Of a stretch of DNA of 64,000 nt, positions 28,520 to 38,432 are shown one piece after another (position 1 is the stretch's first letter; every line of letters starts with the position of its first letter). The notes under the pieces were generated by a model. That model was given only the letters and a program-made list of their open reading frames with translations. It made no database searches and had not been told where the DNA came from. The position numbers were made by a program, and so were the translations under genes. Where the stretch lies: positions 46,066 to 110,065 of the forward strand of contig JAZOOG010000017.1 in NCBI GenBank assembly GCA_045654945.1, read 5' to 3'. This stretch comes from Paludibacteraceae bacterium (lineage in GTDB: Bacteria > Bacteroidota > Bacteroidia > Bacteroidales > Paludibacteraceae).

Positions 28520-31438
28520 TTATTGCGATATAAGCCAGTTGATGCAGTCGGAGTAGAGGGCTGGGAAGTCCTTTACCGATTCCAACATAAATGGCAATAT
28601 AATCATTCTAGTTTTATCATCTTGGTATGCCACACCTGCATTCACATAGGTGTCGTCATAGCGAGCAATACGTACACCACCTGTCATTGGTTCAATGCCG
28701 TCTGGCCACTCACATTCAATCACTTGTGGATTAGGCTTGGTGTAGTATTCGTATTGCTTGGTCGGCAGGATATTGTATTGGAAGTTGATGCGTCCGCAGG
28801 TCGATGCCTTCTCTGTTTTGTAGCGATAGTGCAGTACGTTGTGTGTAAAGGCAGTGTCGCATGTGTGGCGCATGTCGCTGGCGATATACGAACCAGAGAG
28901 GAGTAACTTACCTCCTTGCTCTGTATATGCCTCGATTGCTTTGCGCAGATGCATAGGTATGCAGCCTATGGTATCAGTCTTCTCGCCTTTCTCCTTACCC
29001 ATAATGATATCCACAAGGGTGTATGGCGCGAGGGATTCGACTGCGTTGATAGATGATGATACATACGATATTCCCATTTGTGCCAGCGCATCGCCGTGCA
29101 TGCTTGGGTAGTCGAATGTGTTACCTATGTTCACCTCTTTCTGTTTGTCAGCATGGCACATGCCAAAACCGCAGTCGTCATCGCTCTCCCACATATTGGT
29201 GCGGTCATAGTCGAACTGCTCGCCCAGGAAACTAATCTCCTTGCCGTAGGATACGGCATACGAGCCAGGTACAACACCACCTGTGATGCTATCAATGCCG
29301 AACATTTCAGGTGCATCCACACGGTGGAAGCCATTGATGATGAGCGCGAGCTTGTTGTTGTATTGAGGGGCGATATAGGCGCTCAGCACTTCGCTGGGCA
29401 GACTGACACCACCGTTATTTCCTGCACGCACCATGAAGTCGTACTTCACGCCACGTTGAATAGGCAGGGTGGCATTAGCATCGCTTACGCGGATACCATT
29501 ATCCCAGTCGGAAGTTTGCCATTGGCCATCTTTGAGTTGGCTCGTGCGCGTGTATACAATATAGTAGGTTGGGGTGGCAGTTGGCTCGAGGCGATCTACG
29601 CGTTCTGCCCAACGGATATGCAAACTATCGTTGTCAGCATAACTGATGTTCATTTGCTGCACAGGCAATGGTTGAACCACGTATGGAGTACCCGTTGTCT
29701 GGTGAATGAAGCGGAGCATACCTTTGTAGATAGCACGGCTGACAATGAACTTGAACTTAGGATCCAATCCGAAGGTCATGTCATAGTAGTTGTGGTGGCT
29801 AAGCAATTCAATGATGGTGGATGGCACTTTCGGATTGCGCGTCTCGGACATTGACTTATGCATGAGGTGGCGTTTTTGCCATGTTGGCATCATGGTTTGA
29901 CGAATGTCCTCTACGATTTGCGTTTGGAGATAGTCCGCAAAGTCGCGATTACAAATGCGGTCACCGCCCGAAGGATAGGTGGTCTCTTGGTCATCGTCTT
30001 TGATGGTGTAAAACATAAATGTACCCACGAGTTTGTCGGTAGGATGGCAACCTGCATCGCTGTGGAAAGCGACACTCATGTTGACAGGTATATTGAGTCC
30101 TGGACCCTCTGGATAGGCAGCACTACCACCTGCAAGGTAGTTCACCCAACGTCCGCGACAGCTGAAGTCGTCGGTGTAGTCATTCTTGCTACCTGTATAG
30201 TTATAGACGCTGTCAGGGATACCCGCATACTGCAACCAATAGCGTGCGCCTTCGATATAACGAGGATAACCACTGGTGGTGGCAAATGCTTGGTTTGCAA
30301 TATGCAATGTGGAATCGGTGACAACTTCTTGTGAGTGGGTATCTTTCTTGGTGTAGAAATCATCGTCGCCAATCTCTGGGTGAGGGTAGCGAGCCACCGA
30401 ACCCCAACCGCCACCAAATTTGATAGCATCGGTCGTGGTTATCTGTTTGCCTTTATGCGTAAGGGTCACATAGTTGCTATTCGCATCGGTGCCAAAGTCA
30501 AAGGTGCCGAGGTATATCCATGTGCCGCCACCCATTTGTTGGTTGACATGATAGGTGGTGCTGATGCCTTTGTGCACCACGGTGTATTCGGCTTGTGGGT
30601 TGCTCTTAGGCAGAGATTTGTAGCTCACATATACGGCATACTCGCCCGCTTCGGGGAGCTTCGGGGTATATTGGGCAGTACTCTTGACTGTGCTATAGCC
30701 ACCCATAGCAAATGGATTGTCGCCTTCGAGCAATGGTTTCAGAGGTCGTCCCCAACCTGTGCCTTCGGCGGGTGTGATACCAGTGGCAAGTTGCGAGTCG
30801 TCCACGATCACCTCGTGCAATTGCGTATCGCGCTCACGCGGCTGAAGTACTACAGCACCTGCGTTCTCAAGCATAGGCACGAGGAAAGGCATGGTGTAAC
30901 TGCTGGTGTAGAGGTCTTCGATGGTCGTCCAAAGGCGTGCGCGTTGCCATTTCCACATGCGATATGCCTGCACGTAGTAGATACCATGGCTACCCCATAA
31001 GGCGATATGCTTGCCGTCTAATCCCTGTTTCGCAGAGTAGGGTTGCGAGGCATTGTGCACCAATGGATACTTGGCACTGGCAGGTTTGTATTGCAATTTC
31101 TTATCGCGTTTGCGGTATAGGGCGGTCACCCATTCGTCCAGTTCTTTGCCGTCCGAGATAATTTGCACCTCGGCTGTAGGCGCACCGCCTACCCATTGAC
31201 GAACCGACTCTTTGAGCCCTGCAATCTCCTCTGGAGTGAGTGAGATACAAGACAATCGGTTGCAGGTGGTGATGGTGATATTCTTCTCATCTATTTGAAT
31301 ATCACTGACTTTAACCTTACCTAAATAAGCGCGTTGGCTGGCGAAGACATTGAGTGAGTCCGCCAATTCTTGGGGGGTGATTGCAAAAGTCATTGTCGCA
31401 CAAAGCGCAGCAATGGCTAAGAAGAATGACTTTTTCAT
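28520..31438 (-). CDS. Secreted 972-aa multidomain protein: amidase_3-like fold interrupted by a golvesin-like beta-sandwich, plus C-terminal domains
   Basis: Signal MKKSFFLAIAALCATMTFA. EYAVYVSYKSLP...YTVVHKGISTTYHVNQQMGGGTWIYLGTFDF resembles the golvesin C-terminal-like domain. AFHSDAG and ELLSHHN resemble MurNAc-LAA-type motifs. Proteins of this kind are often annotated xanthan lyase. This assignment is from memory only. Confidence 0.4.
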   Translation of the reverse strand: MKKSFFLAIAALCATMTFAITPQELADSLNVFASQRAYLGKVKVSDIQIDEKNITITTCNRLSCISLTPEEIAGLKESVRQWVGGAPTAEVQIISDGKELDEWVTALYRKRDKKLQYKPASAKYPLVHNASQPYSAKQGLDGKHIALWGSHGIYYVQAYRMWKWQRARLWTTIEDLYTSSYTMPFLVPMLENAGAVVLQPRERDTQLHEVIVDDSQLATGITPAEGTGWGRPLKPLLEGDNPFAMGGYSTVKSTAQYTPKLPEAGEYAVYVSYKSLPKSNPQAEYTVVHKGISTTYHVNQQMGGGTWIYLGTFDFGTDANSNYVTLTHKGKQITTTDAIKFGGGWGSVARYPHPEIGDDDFYTKKDTHSQEVVTDSTLHIANQAFATTSGYPRYIEGARYWLQYAGIPDSVYNYTGSKNDYTDDFSCRGRWVNYLAGGSAAYPEGPGLNIPVNMSVAFHSDAGCHPTDKLVGTFMFYTIKDDDQETTYPSGGDRICNRDFADYLQTQIVEDIRQTMMPTWQKRHLMHKSMSETRNPKVPSTIIELLSHHNYYDMTFGLDPKFKFIVSRAIYKGMLRFIHQTTGTPYVVQPLPVQQMNISYADNDSLHIRWAERVDRLEPTATPTYYIVYTRTSQLKDGQWQTSDWDNGIRVSDANATLPIQRGVKYDFMVRAGNNGGVSLPSEVLSAYIAPQYNNKLALIINGFHRVDAPEMFGIDSITGGVVPGSYAVSYGKEISFLGEQFDYDRTNMWESDDDCGFGMCHADKQKEVNIGNTFDYPSMHGDALAQMGISYVSSSINAVESLAPYTLVDIIMGKEKGEKTDTIGCIPMHLRKAIEAYTEQGGKLLLSGSYIASDMRHTCDTAFTHNVLHYRYKTEKASTCGRINFQYNILPTKQYEYYTKPNPQVIECEWPDGIEPMTGGVRIARYDDTYVNAGVAYQDDKTRMIILPFMLESVKDFPALYSDCINWLISQ

Positions 31439-31440
31439 AT

Positions 31441-31492
31441 CCTTGCCTTTAAATCCTTACCTTTAACCTATAACCTTTAACCTTTAGCCTAA
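31441..31492. repeat. Heptamer array, CTCGCCT/TTAACCT family (R1)
   Basis: ccttgcctttaaatccttacctttaacctataacctttaacctttagcct fills the whole pyrE-to-972-aa-gene spacer. Confidence 0.85.
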
Positions 31493-31494
31493 CA

Positions 31495-32124
31495 TCACGC
31501 CATCCAACTCTCGTCAGAAGGGTTGTTGCGGAATTTGATCAGACGCTCTTTGTCTTCTGGAGCGATATATGCTTTGTCAGCAGCTACTTCGACGAGGGTG
31601 TCGAGGTCGCAAAGGCTGACGTTCTTTACTTCGGCTGCTGCCAAGCGCTCGAGGCCCTTCTTCATACCATAAGTGAAGATGCTCACGATGCCGAGTACAT
31701 CAGCACCCGCTTCGCGGAGGACATTCACTACCTCGATGCAGCTGCCACCAGTAGAGATAAGGTCCTCTACTACAACCACTTTCTGACCAGGAAGGAGTTT
31801 ACCTTCAATTTGGTTGCCACGGCCGTGATCCTTAGCTCCACTGCGTACATAACCCATAGGCAGGTCGAGGATAGTAGCCGTGATGGCTGCGTGAGCAATA
31901 CCTGCTGTAGAAGTACCCATGAGGACTTCAGCTTGAGGATAATGCTCGCGGATGAGGGCTGCGAGGCCGTTCTCTACGTCGTTGCGCACTTGGGTGTCGC
32001 TCAGGGTGAGACGGTTGTCGCAATAGATAGGACTCTTGATACCACTGGCCCATGTGAATGGCTCGTTTGGACGAAGGAAGACAGCTTTAATCTTCAGCAA
32101 GTCTTCAGCAATAAGTTGTTTCAT
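31495..32124 (-). CDS. pyrE: Orotate phosphoribosyltransferase
   Basis: [17 protein letters not shown] motif, 209 aa. Confidence 0.93.
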   Translation of the reverse strand: MKQLIAEDLLKIKAVFLRPNEPFTWASGIKSPIYCDNRLTLSDTQVRNDVENGLAALIREHYPQAEVLMGTSTAGIAHAAITATILDLPMGYVRSGAKDHGRGNQIEGKLLPGQKVVVVEDLISTGGSCIEVVNVLREAGADVLGIVSIFTYGMKKGLERLAAAEVKNVSLCDLDTLVEVAADKAYIAPEDKERLIKFRNNPSDESWMA

Positions 32125-32139
32125 ATTGTTAGTTTTTTA

Positions 32140-32230
32140 GTTCAAAATTGTTCAACATTGTTCAATGTGGTTCAACATTGTTACAATACTGAACGCGAAG
32201 CGCTGAACAATACTGAACTATGTTGAACTA
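32140..32230. repeat. GTTCAA/TTGAAC array with 10-bp phasing, copy C (pyrF|pyrE junction)
   Basis: GTTCAA at 32140, 32150, 32160 and 32170, then CTGAAC units around CGCGAAGCGC. Confidence 0.9.
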
Positions 32231-32240
32231 TGAATTTTGC

Positions 32241-32939
32241 TTATCCGCAAAATTCTGCTACGCAGCGTTGGTAAGCAGCTACAGGGTCTTCGGCAGCGGT
32301 GATGGGGCGACCTACGACGATGAAGTCAGAGCCAATCTCGCGTGCTTTGGCTGGAGTAGTGATACGCACTTGGTCACCTACTACGCCATCGGCAAAGCGG
32401 ATACCTGGGGTAACGGTATAGAAATCCTTGCCGCATGCCTCTTTCACCATACCTGCCTCCAGTGGCGAGCAAACCACACCATCCAAACCAGCCGCTTGGG
32501 CGTTCTTCGCGTAATGTACTACCACATCACCAATATTGCCTTGGATAAGCAAGTCGTTGTGCATACGCTCCTCGCTGGTAGAGGTGAGTTGGGTAACAGC
32601 CAAAAGCACGGGACGAGTGCCGTCCTCGCGAGTGAGACCCTCAACAGCAGCTTTCATCATTTCGATGGTACCTGCGGCGTGGAGGTTACACATATCTACA
32701 TCCAGGCGACTAAGCACCGACATGGCTTTCTTGACGGTATTAGGTATATCGTGGAGCTTGAGATCGAGGAAGATCTTGTGTCCGCGGCGTTTGAGTTCGT
32801 GCACGATGGCAGGACCTTCTGCGTAGTAGAGTTCCATACCAATCTTTACGTAGGGCTTCACATCGCCCATCTTGTCAAGGAAGCGATAGGTCTCTTCTGC
32901 CGAAGCGAAATCGCATGCAATAATCACATCTTTATTCAT
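32241..32939 (-). CDS. pyrF: Orotidine-5'-phosphate decarboxylase
   Basis: IIACDF...[13 protein letters not shown]...ITPGIR. The start overlaps the pyrD stop (ATGAATAA). Confidence 0.93.
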   Translation of the reverse strand: MNKDVIIACDFASAEETYRFLDKMGDVKPYVKIGMELYYAEGPAIVHELKRRGHKIFLDLKLHDIPNTVKKAMSVLSRLDVDMCNLHAAGTIEMMKAAVEGLTREDGTRPVLLAVTQLTSTSEERMHNDLLIQGNIGDVVVHYAKNAQAAGLDGVVCSPLEAGMVKEACGKDFYTVTPGIRFADGVVGDQVRITTPAKAREIGSDFIVVGRPITAAEDPVAAYQRCVAEFCG

Positions 32940-33855
32940 GATTTACTATTCCTATTATATCTGTGAGTTTATCTATTTTCAGTTCATCCATAAGGGCTGG
33001 CAAACGATCTACAATCTCTTTTGCCACCATTGGGTTGGTGAGGTTAGCTGCGCCAATCTCCACGGCTGTCGCGCCTGCCATCATCATCTCTATCACATCT
33101 TCTGCGCTGCTCACGCCACCGCAACCGATGATAGGCAAGTTGATCGCGCGTGCCACTTGGTTCACCATGCGGAGGGCGAGTGGGAAGATGCCCGAACCCG
33201 AATAACCACCATATCGGTTGGCTATCACAGGACGGCGGCGACGAATGTCGATGCGCATACCCAGCACGGTATTGATGAGGCACAATCCATCTGCTCCCGC
33301 AGCTTCGCATGCTTTGGCAATGGCTACGATGTCCGTCACATTAGGCGACAGCTTCATATATACAGGTTTGGTAGTCACCGCCTTAACGGCTGCTGTCACT
33401 TCAGATGCTGCCTCAGGACTGGTACCAAATGCCATACCTCCGTTGTGCACATTAGGGCATGAGATATTCACCTCGAGGATGTCGATAGGTTCTTTGTCTA
33501 GTAAGGCGCAAGTCTCTACATAGTCTTGCACAGAGAAACCGCTGACATTTGCCACAATACAGCCGTTGTAGTGGCTCTTGAGGCGAGGCAACTCGTGGGC
33601 AATGACATGTTCCACACCAGGGTTTTGCAAGCCCACTGCGTTGATCATACCGTAGTTGCCGCACTCAGCAATACGAGGCAATGGGTTGCCGTAGCGTGCC
33701 TCGCGGGTGGTGCCTTTGAAGGATATACCGCCCAGACAGTTGATATCGTATAACTCAGCAAACTCATCGCCAAAACCATAGGTTCCCGATGCTGGGATGA
33801 TCGGATTGGCGAGGGTGATGCCAGAGAGGGATATTTGTAGTTTGTTGTGTAGCAT
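32932..33855 (-). CDS. pyrD: Dihydroorotate dehydrogenase, class 1B catalytic subunit
   Basis: [36 protein letters not shown]. The start is set at ATG 33855 ([10 protein letters not shown]). The track's 70-aa Arg-rich extension overlaps pyrK and looks spurious. Confidence 0.9.
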   Translation of the reverse strand: MLHNKLQISLSGITLANPIIPASGTYGFGDEFAELYDINCLGGISFKGTTREARYGNPLPRIAECGNYGMINAVGLQNPGVEHVIAHELPRLKSHYNGCIVANVSGFSVQDYVETCALLDKEPIDILEVNISCPNVHNGGMAFGTSPEAASEVTAAVKAVTTKPVYMKLSPNVTDIVAIAKACEAAGADGLCLINTVLGMRIDIRRRRPVIANRYGGYSGSGIFPLALRMVNQVARAINLPIIGCGGVSSAEDVIEMMMAGATAVEIGAANLTNPMVAKEIVDRLPALMDELKIDKLTDIIGIVNHE

Positions 33856-33878
33856 TGTGTAGTGTTGTGTAGAGTTGT

Positions 33879-34652
33879 TTAGAGTTGTAGGATTTCTGCG
33901 GGGAATACGGGGCCTTCTTTGCACACGCGTTTGGGTCCTTTCGTTGTTTGTATCGTGCAGCCCATGCATGCGCCGAAGCCGCATCCCATACGCTCCTCCA
34001 TGCTCACTTCGCCATGGGTACCAACGGCTTGCAGTAGTGCTTTGATCATGGGCAATGGTCCGCAAGTGTAGTAGTAGGATTGTTGTCCGTCCAGAGCGTT
34101 AGTCACAAAGCCCTTCACGCCATGACTGCCGTCCACGGTGGTGACAGTCACATCGCAACCCAAGGCACGAAACTCCTCCTCGTAGAAGACTTCCTCCTTG
34201 GTGTTGAAGCCGAGGATCACGCGCACCTTTTTGCCTGCTTTGCGAAGTTGGCGAGCCAGCATGTACATAGGAGGTACGCCTACGCCACCGCCGACCAGCA
34301 AGGGTGCGTCGCCTGCTTTGCTCAGGTCATAGCCGTTACCGAGAACAGTGAGAACATCCAGTTGGGTGCCGATTGGCAGTTGGCTCATAGCCTCGGTGCC
34401 TACGCCCACTACCTTATATATAATGGTGAGCACACCTCTCGCCTCTCGCCTCTCGCCTCTAACCTCTAACCTCTCGCCTTTCGCCTCACTAATATCGCAT
34501 ACCGAGATGGGGCGGCGGAGGAATTGACCTTGCACGCGGATATTCACGAACTGCCCAGGCAGTATGCCCGCAGTATCGCCTCCAAGCTGCATGCGATAGA
34601 CATTCTTGGCTATCTGTTCGTTGGATTGTATTTCAAATAATCTTTGCTTCAT
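33879..34652 (-). CDS. pyrK: Dihydroorotate dehydrogenase electron-transfer subunit
   Basis: RRPISV, GGGVGVPPM, and the C-terminal 2Fe-2S motif CGFGACMGC. It carries the in-frame repeat insert KGERLEVRGERREARG. Confidence 0.9.
   Translation of the reverse strand: MKQRLFEIQSNEQIAKNVYRMQLGGDTAGILPGQFVNIRVQGQFLRRPISVCDISEAKGERLEVRGERREARGVLTIIYKVVGVGTEAMSQLPIGTQLDVLTVLGNGYDLSKAGDAPLLVGGGVGVPPMYMLARQLRKAGKKVRVILGFNTKEEVFYEEEFRALGCDVTVTTVDGSHGVKGFVTNALDGQQSYYYTCGPLPMIKALLQAVGTHGEVSMEERMGCGFGACMGCTIQTTKGPKRVCKEGPVFPAEILQL
34434..34490. repeat. R1 heptamer array inside the pyrK coding sequence
   Basis: ctctcgcctctcgcctctcgcctctaacctctaacctctcgcctttcgcc. Its reverse complement translates in the pyrK frame to AKGERLEVRGERREARGV. 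Confidence 0.9.
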
Positions 34653-34684
34653 AATTCTTGCCTTTCGCCTTTAACTTTTCGCCT

Positions 34685-35812
34685 TTAACCTTGCACATTA
34701 TATACTGTTATTCCGTTGACGATGGTTTTGACGCACTTGCCATATACTTCCCATCCTTCAAACGGCATCGCTTGTCCCATGGAAAGGAAGTTCGCTGGAT
34801 CAATCTTGTAGCACGCATCTAAATCGAAGTAGGCAAATGAACCCGTATTGTCCAAACCGATAATACGAGCAGGATTGGTGGACATGAGTTCGATAAGACG
34901 CTCAAAAGTGATGATACCCGTCTTCACAAAATGCGTGTACATCAGCGGGAAAGCCGTTTCCAGTCCCACGATACCAAACGCACTTTTCTCCAATCCACGG
35001 CTCTTCTCCTCAGCGCTATGAGGCGCGTGGTCGGTGGCGATACAGTCTATAGTGCCATCTTTGATGCCCTCGATGAGCGCGAGGCGGTCTTCCTCAGCAC
35101 GCAGCGGTGGGTTCATCTTCCACTTGCCATCCTCTTGCAGGTCATTGTCGGTCAGCAGCAAATAGTGAGGTGCAGTCTCGCAAGTCACAGGCAGTCCTTT
35201 GGCTTTGGCCTCACGGATAAGCGCTACACTCTCCTTGGTGGAGATATGGCATATATGAAAACGACACCCTGTCTCTTCTACCAGACGGATGTCGCGTTCT
35301 ATCTCTTGCCACTCGCTCTCAGACACGATGCCACGGTGATTGTGTTTTTTTGCATACTCACCTGCGTGGATATAGCCGCCATTGAGTAGCGCCTCTACTT
35401 CGCAGTGAGCCACCATCACACGATCTACCGCACGAATTTGTTTCATCGCCTCGCGCATCAGTTCTTCGCTTTGCACGCCGCGACCGTCATCAGAGAACCC
35501 TTTGACGTATGGCGCCAATGCCTCAAAATCAACGAGTTCGCCTGCACCTTTCTGCCCCATGGTAATCGATGCAAACGGATAGACGCCTGTGTAGGTGTCG
35601 CGTTTGATAATGTCCAACTGCTCTTGCAGATGCTCTACGGTGTCTGGCACCGGATTGAGGTTAGGCATGGTGAATACTGCGCTGTAGCCAGATGCAGCTG
35701 CTGCCATACTACCCGAAGCAATAGTCTCTTTATACGAAAAACCCGGCTCACGAAAGTGGACATGCAGGTCCACAAGAGCCGGAATCTGTACTATGTTGCG
35801 TGGAATCGCCAT
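34685..35812 (-). CDS. pyrC: Dihydroorotase
   Basis: DLHVHFREPG, amidohydrolase fold. The start is set at ATG 35812 because the track start (TTG at 35842) overlaps the -7 promoter box. The last Gly codon and the stop lie in an R1 repeat unit (TTAACCT). Confidence 0.88.
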   Translation of the reverse strand: MAIPRNIVQIPALVDLHVHFREPGFSYKETIASGSMAAAASGYSAVFTMPNLNPVPDTVEHLQEQLDIIKRDTYTGVYPFASITMGQKGAGELVDFEALAPYVKGFSDDGRGVQSEELMREAMKQIRAVDRVMVAHCEVEALLNGGYIHAGEYAKKHNHRGIVSESEWQEIERDIRLVEETGCRFHICHISTKESVALIREAKAKGLPVTCETAPHYLLLTDNDLQEDGKWKMNPPLRAEEDRLALIEGIKDGTIDCIATDHAPHSAEEKSRGLEKSAFGIVGLETAFPLMYTHFVKTGIITFERLIELMSTNPARIIGLDNTGSFAYFDLDACYKIDPANFLSMGQAMPFEGWEVYGKCVKTIVNGITVYNVQG

Positions 35813-35839
35813 CTTTGGTGCAAATTTTAAATTTGCATG

Positions 35840-35875
35840 CAAAGTTACTGCTTTTTTTTGAAATATGCAAGTGTA
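35840..35875 (-). promoter_or_regulatory. Promoter for pyrC and the downstream pyr genes
   Basis: The minus strand reads cacTTGcatatttcaaaaaaaagcagTAACTTTGca. Confidence 0.6.
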
Positions 35876-35927
35876 GAAGAGATTTTTTTTTGTTCAAGTG
35901 CTTTTTTGCCAATTCTACTTATCAAAT

Positions 35928-35982
35928 CCACCCATCGCCTATAACCAATAGCCCATCGCCCATACCCAATCGCCTATACCAA
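35928..35982. repeat. Heptamer array, GGCTATT/GGCGATG family (R4), reverse orientation
   Basis: cacccatcgcctataaccaatagcccatcgcccatacccaatcgcctatacc, spanning the hemW stop. Confidence 0.8.
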
Positions 35983-37062
35983 CTCCTCGATGATGCGATT
36001 CAGTATATGAAAACCTTTAGTTGTGGCAACTACGCGTGTGCCTACTTCTTTCAGCAATCCCTGTTGGATATACGCTTGTGCTTTGTGGCTGTCAATATCC
36101 TCCATGGCTACACCCCTATTGGTGCGCAGCCCTAACATCACGCGCTCAGTATGTCGCTGTTCATCAGTCAGCCATTCTGTTTCGGGCTGCAACTGATGCC
36201 CCATAGCTTGTGCTATATAGCTATCAAGATCGCTGATATTCCAACTCCTGACCTGTCCATCGTAGCTATGTGCCCCTGCGCCCAAACCGATATAGGGCGT
36301 GTTGTTCCAGTAACTGGAGTTGTGTTGCGATTCGCGATTCGGCAGCGCAAAATTGCTCACCTCATAATGGATATACCCCTGTGCCGTCAGCTCTGCCACG
36401 ATATAGTCATACATCTGCATCTCCGTATCTTCGTCCACTGCTTCTATCACACCGTGGTCGAGCAATGTCGTCAGTGCGGTGCCTTCCTCGTATATCAGTC
36501 CGTAGGTGGATATATGTTGCACGCCCAACTGCAGTGCCTCAGCCACATCCTTCTTCCACATCTCCATCGTCTGCGAGGGCAGGGCATACATCAGGTCAAT
36601 GGATATATTGTCAAATCCCGCTGCTTGTGCTGTCGCCACTGCTCTGCGGGCTTGCTCGGCGTTGTGCCGTCTGCCTATGAGTTGCAGCAGCTCGTCATGA
36701 AAGCTCTGTATGCCTATGCTCAACCGATTGATACCCATCTCTCGCCACGCGCGAACTTTCTCTTCGGTTATATCCCCCGGATTGGCTTCCAATGTAATTT
36801 CTTGCCTCTCGCCTCTCGCCTCTCGCCTAATAGCCTCAACGATAGTTTGCAGGTCTTCCACCTGCAACGTACTGGGCGTACCACCACCTATATATATAGT
36901 GGATATTGGGTATTGGCTATTGGATATGGGTAGTCGGTCCTGCATTTCCATGAGCAGTGCCTGCACGTACTGCGATTGTTTCTCCAAATGTGTAGTGGAA
37001 AAAAAATCGCAGTACTTGCACCGACTCTTGCAAAATGGTATATGTATATATATCCCTGCCAA
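35974..37062 (-). CDS. hemW: Radical SAM HemW/HemN-family protein (heme chaperone / coproporphyrinogen oxidase-like)
   Basis: IYIHIPFCKSRCKYCDF is the CxxxCxxC radical SAM motif, with a HemN_C-like tail. Only a TTG start (37062) is available. The in-frame upstream ATG at 37107 runs into a stop. It contains the repeat-derived inserts LPISNSQYPIST and REARGERQE. Confidence 0.85.
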   Translation of the reverse strand: MAGIYIHIPFCKSRCKYCDFFSTTHLEKQSQYVQALLMEMQDRLPISNSQYPISTIYIGGGTPSTLQVEDLQTIVEAIRREARGERQEITLEANPGDITEEKVRAWREMGINRLSIGIQSFHDELLQLIGRRHNAEQARRAVATAQAAGFDNISIDLMYALPSQTMEMWKKDVAEALQLGVQHISTYGLIYEEGTALTTLLDHGVIEAVDEDTEMQMYDYIVAELTAQGYIHYEVSNFALPNRESQHNSSYWNNTPYIGLGAGAHSYDGQVRSWNISDLDSYIAQAMGHQLQPETEWLTDEQRHTERVMLGLRTNRGVAMEDIDSHKAQAYIQQGLLKEVGTRVVATTKGFHILNRIIEELV

Positions 37063-37065
37063 CTT

Positions 37066-37190
37066 CTTGCCTCTAACCTCTCGCCTTTAACCTCTCGCCT
37101 TTTGCATGCAGCTTTGCCGCTATCCGTGCCTCTACACTCTACACTCTACACCCTACACTCTACACCCTACACCCTACACTCTACACTCTA
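37066..37190. repeat. Composite element: R1 array, conserved core GCAGCTTTGCCGCTATCCGTGCC, then CTACACT (R2) array
   Basis: cctctaacctctcgcctttaacctctcgcc, ttttgcatgcagctttgccgctatccgtgcc, then (ctacact/ctacacc) x ~9. It fills the serine-hydrolase|hemW spacer. Confidence 0.9.
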
Positions 37191-37203
37191 AGCGACAGCG
37201 CCA

Positions 37204-38355
37204 TCACATCGCCTCGTAAATCGCATTCGCCAGCGTTTGGAGGAAGTGTGGGTCGTACTTATAGCCATTGGTCATTGCCACAATGCCCCATTGGTCTGCA
37301 GGACTCCACATCATGATGCTGCGCAGTCCGTACGCATCGCCCGTATGTCCTACTGGGTAATGACCTGGTTTGTTGTATTTCTCGTCGTTCAGAAAATCCA
37401 CGAACTCCTGCAAGCACAGTCCGTATTGGTCTTCCCACTCGTGCATGTTTTGTATGTACCACACAGGTGTCTGCATCGTCTTGGCGCTCTCTTCTGAGAT
37501 GATACGCACGCCATCCAGTTCGCCGTAGTTCATGTGCATCATCATATAGCGTGCCAAGTCGTGTGCCGATATTTTCACACCGCCAGTAGGCGAGAACATT
37601 GGTGCGGAGTAACCCATCACGTATCCGTCCAAACGGTGTGCCACGCTGCCGTAGGCAGCAGACTTCACGTATTGACCGTTGCGGTAGTTATATATGCTGG
37701 CCAGTTTGCTTTGGTCCAACATGTCCACATTGTGTCCACCGCACAATCCCAAACGAGTAATAATACTGTCTTTCACGTATTGGTCAAAGCGTACGCCCGA
37801 TACTTTCTCCAGTATGGTACCTGCCAGGTTCAGACCCAAGTTAGAGTAGTTATATCCTTCGCCTGGCTTGTATTCGTAGTATGTCGCAGCGCAGTCGCCA
37901 TTCACGGCTGGGTTGAGATGGTCGAGGGTGGAGTAGTTCTCTGGATCGCGGAAGCTGGCGGTGTGTGAGAGCACCATGCGCAGCGTGATAGGCACCTCAG
38001 GGTGATGAGGGTTACGGATAGTGAATCCAATGAGATCGCTGATGTCGTCATCCAGCGAAATGATGCCTTTCTCTACGTGTTGCATCAGTCCCGTAGCGGT
38101 AAAGGACTTCGAGATGGATGCAATACGCATCATGTGGTCGTTCTCGAGGGGTGTTTGTGTCTCCAGGTCTTGGTAGCCAAACGATTGGTTATAGACTATC
38201 TTCCCGTTTTGTACTACGGCGGCGGAGATACCGACGCACTCAAACTGTTCCATGACTTGCTCAATGGCATTGTTGATACGCTCTTCTTGTGTTGGCGCGC
38301 AACTGGTCAGCAGCATACTCGCTGCCACAACCCACATTAATTTGTTCCTTTTCAT
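37204..38355 (-). CDS. Serine hydrolase of the class C beta-lactamase / PBP4* family; lipoprotein
   Basis: Lipobox MLLTSCA. S-x-x-K motif SISKSFTA. Typical beta-lactamase-fold length. Confidence 0.8.
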   Translation of the reverse strand: MKRNKLMWVVAASMLLTSCAPTQEERINNAIEQVMEQFECVGISAAVVQNGKIVYNQSFGYQDLETQTPLENDHMMRIASISKSFTATGLMQHVEKGIISLDDDISDLIGFTIRNPHHPEVPITLRMVLSHTASFRDPENYSTLDHLNPAVNGDCAATYYEYKPGEGYNYSNLGLNLAGTILEKVSGVRFDQYVKDSIITRLGLCGGHNVDMLDQSKLASIYNYRNGQYVKSAAYGSVAHRLDGYVMGYSAPMFSPTGGVKISAHDLARYMMMHMNYGELDGVRIISEESAKTMQTPVWYIQNMHEWEDQYGLCLQEFVDFLNDEKYNKPGHYPVGHTGDAYGLRSIMMWSPADQWGIVAMTNGYKYDPHFLQTLANAIYEAM

Positions 38356-38382
38356 ATATATTACTTTTAAAGTTAATTCGTG

Positions 38383-38432
38383 CCTCTCGCCTTTCGCCTT
38401 TAACCTCTCGCCTCTAACCTCTCTCCTCTCCC
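38383..38432. repeat. R1 heptamer array overlapping the rarA 3' end
   Basis: gcctctcgcctttcgcctttaacctctcgcctctaacctctctcctctcccc. The last residues of rarA (..WGEERG*) are encoded in it. Confidence 0.85.
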
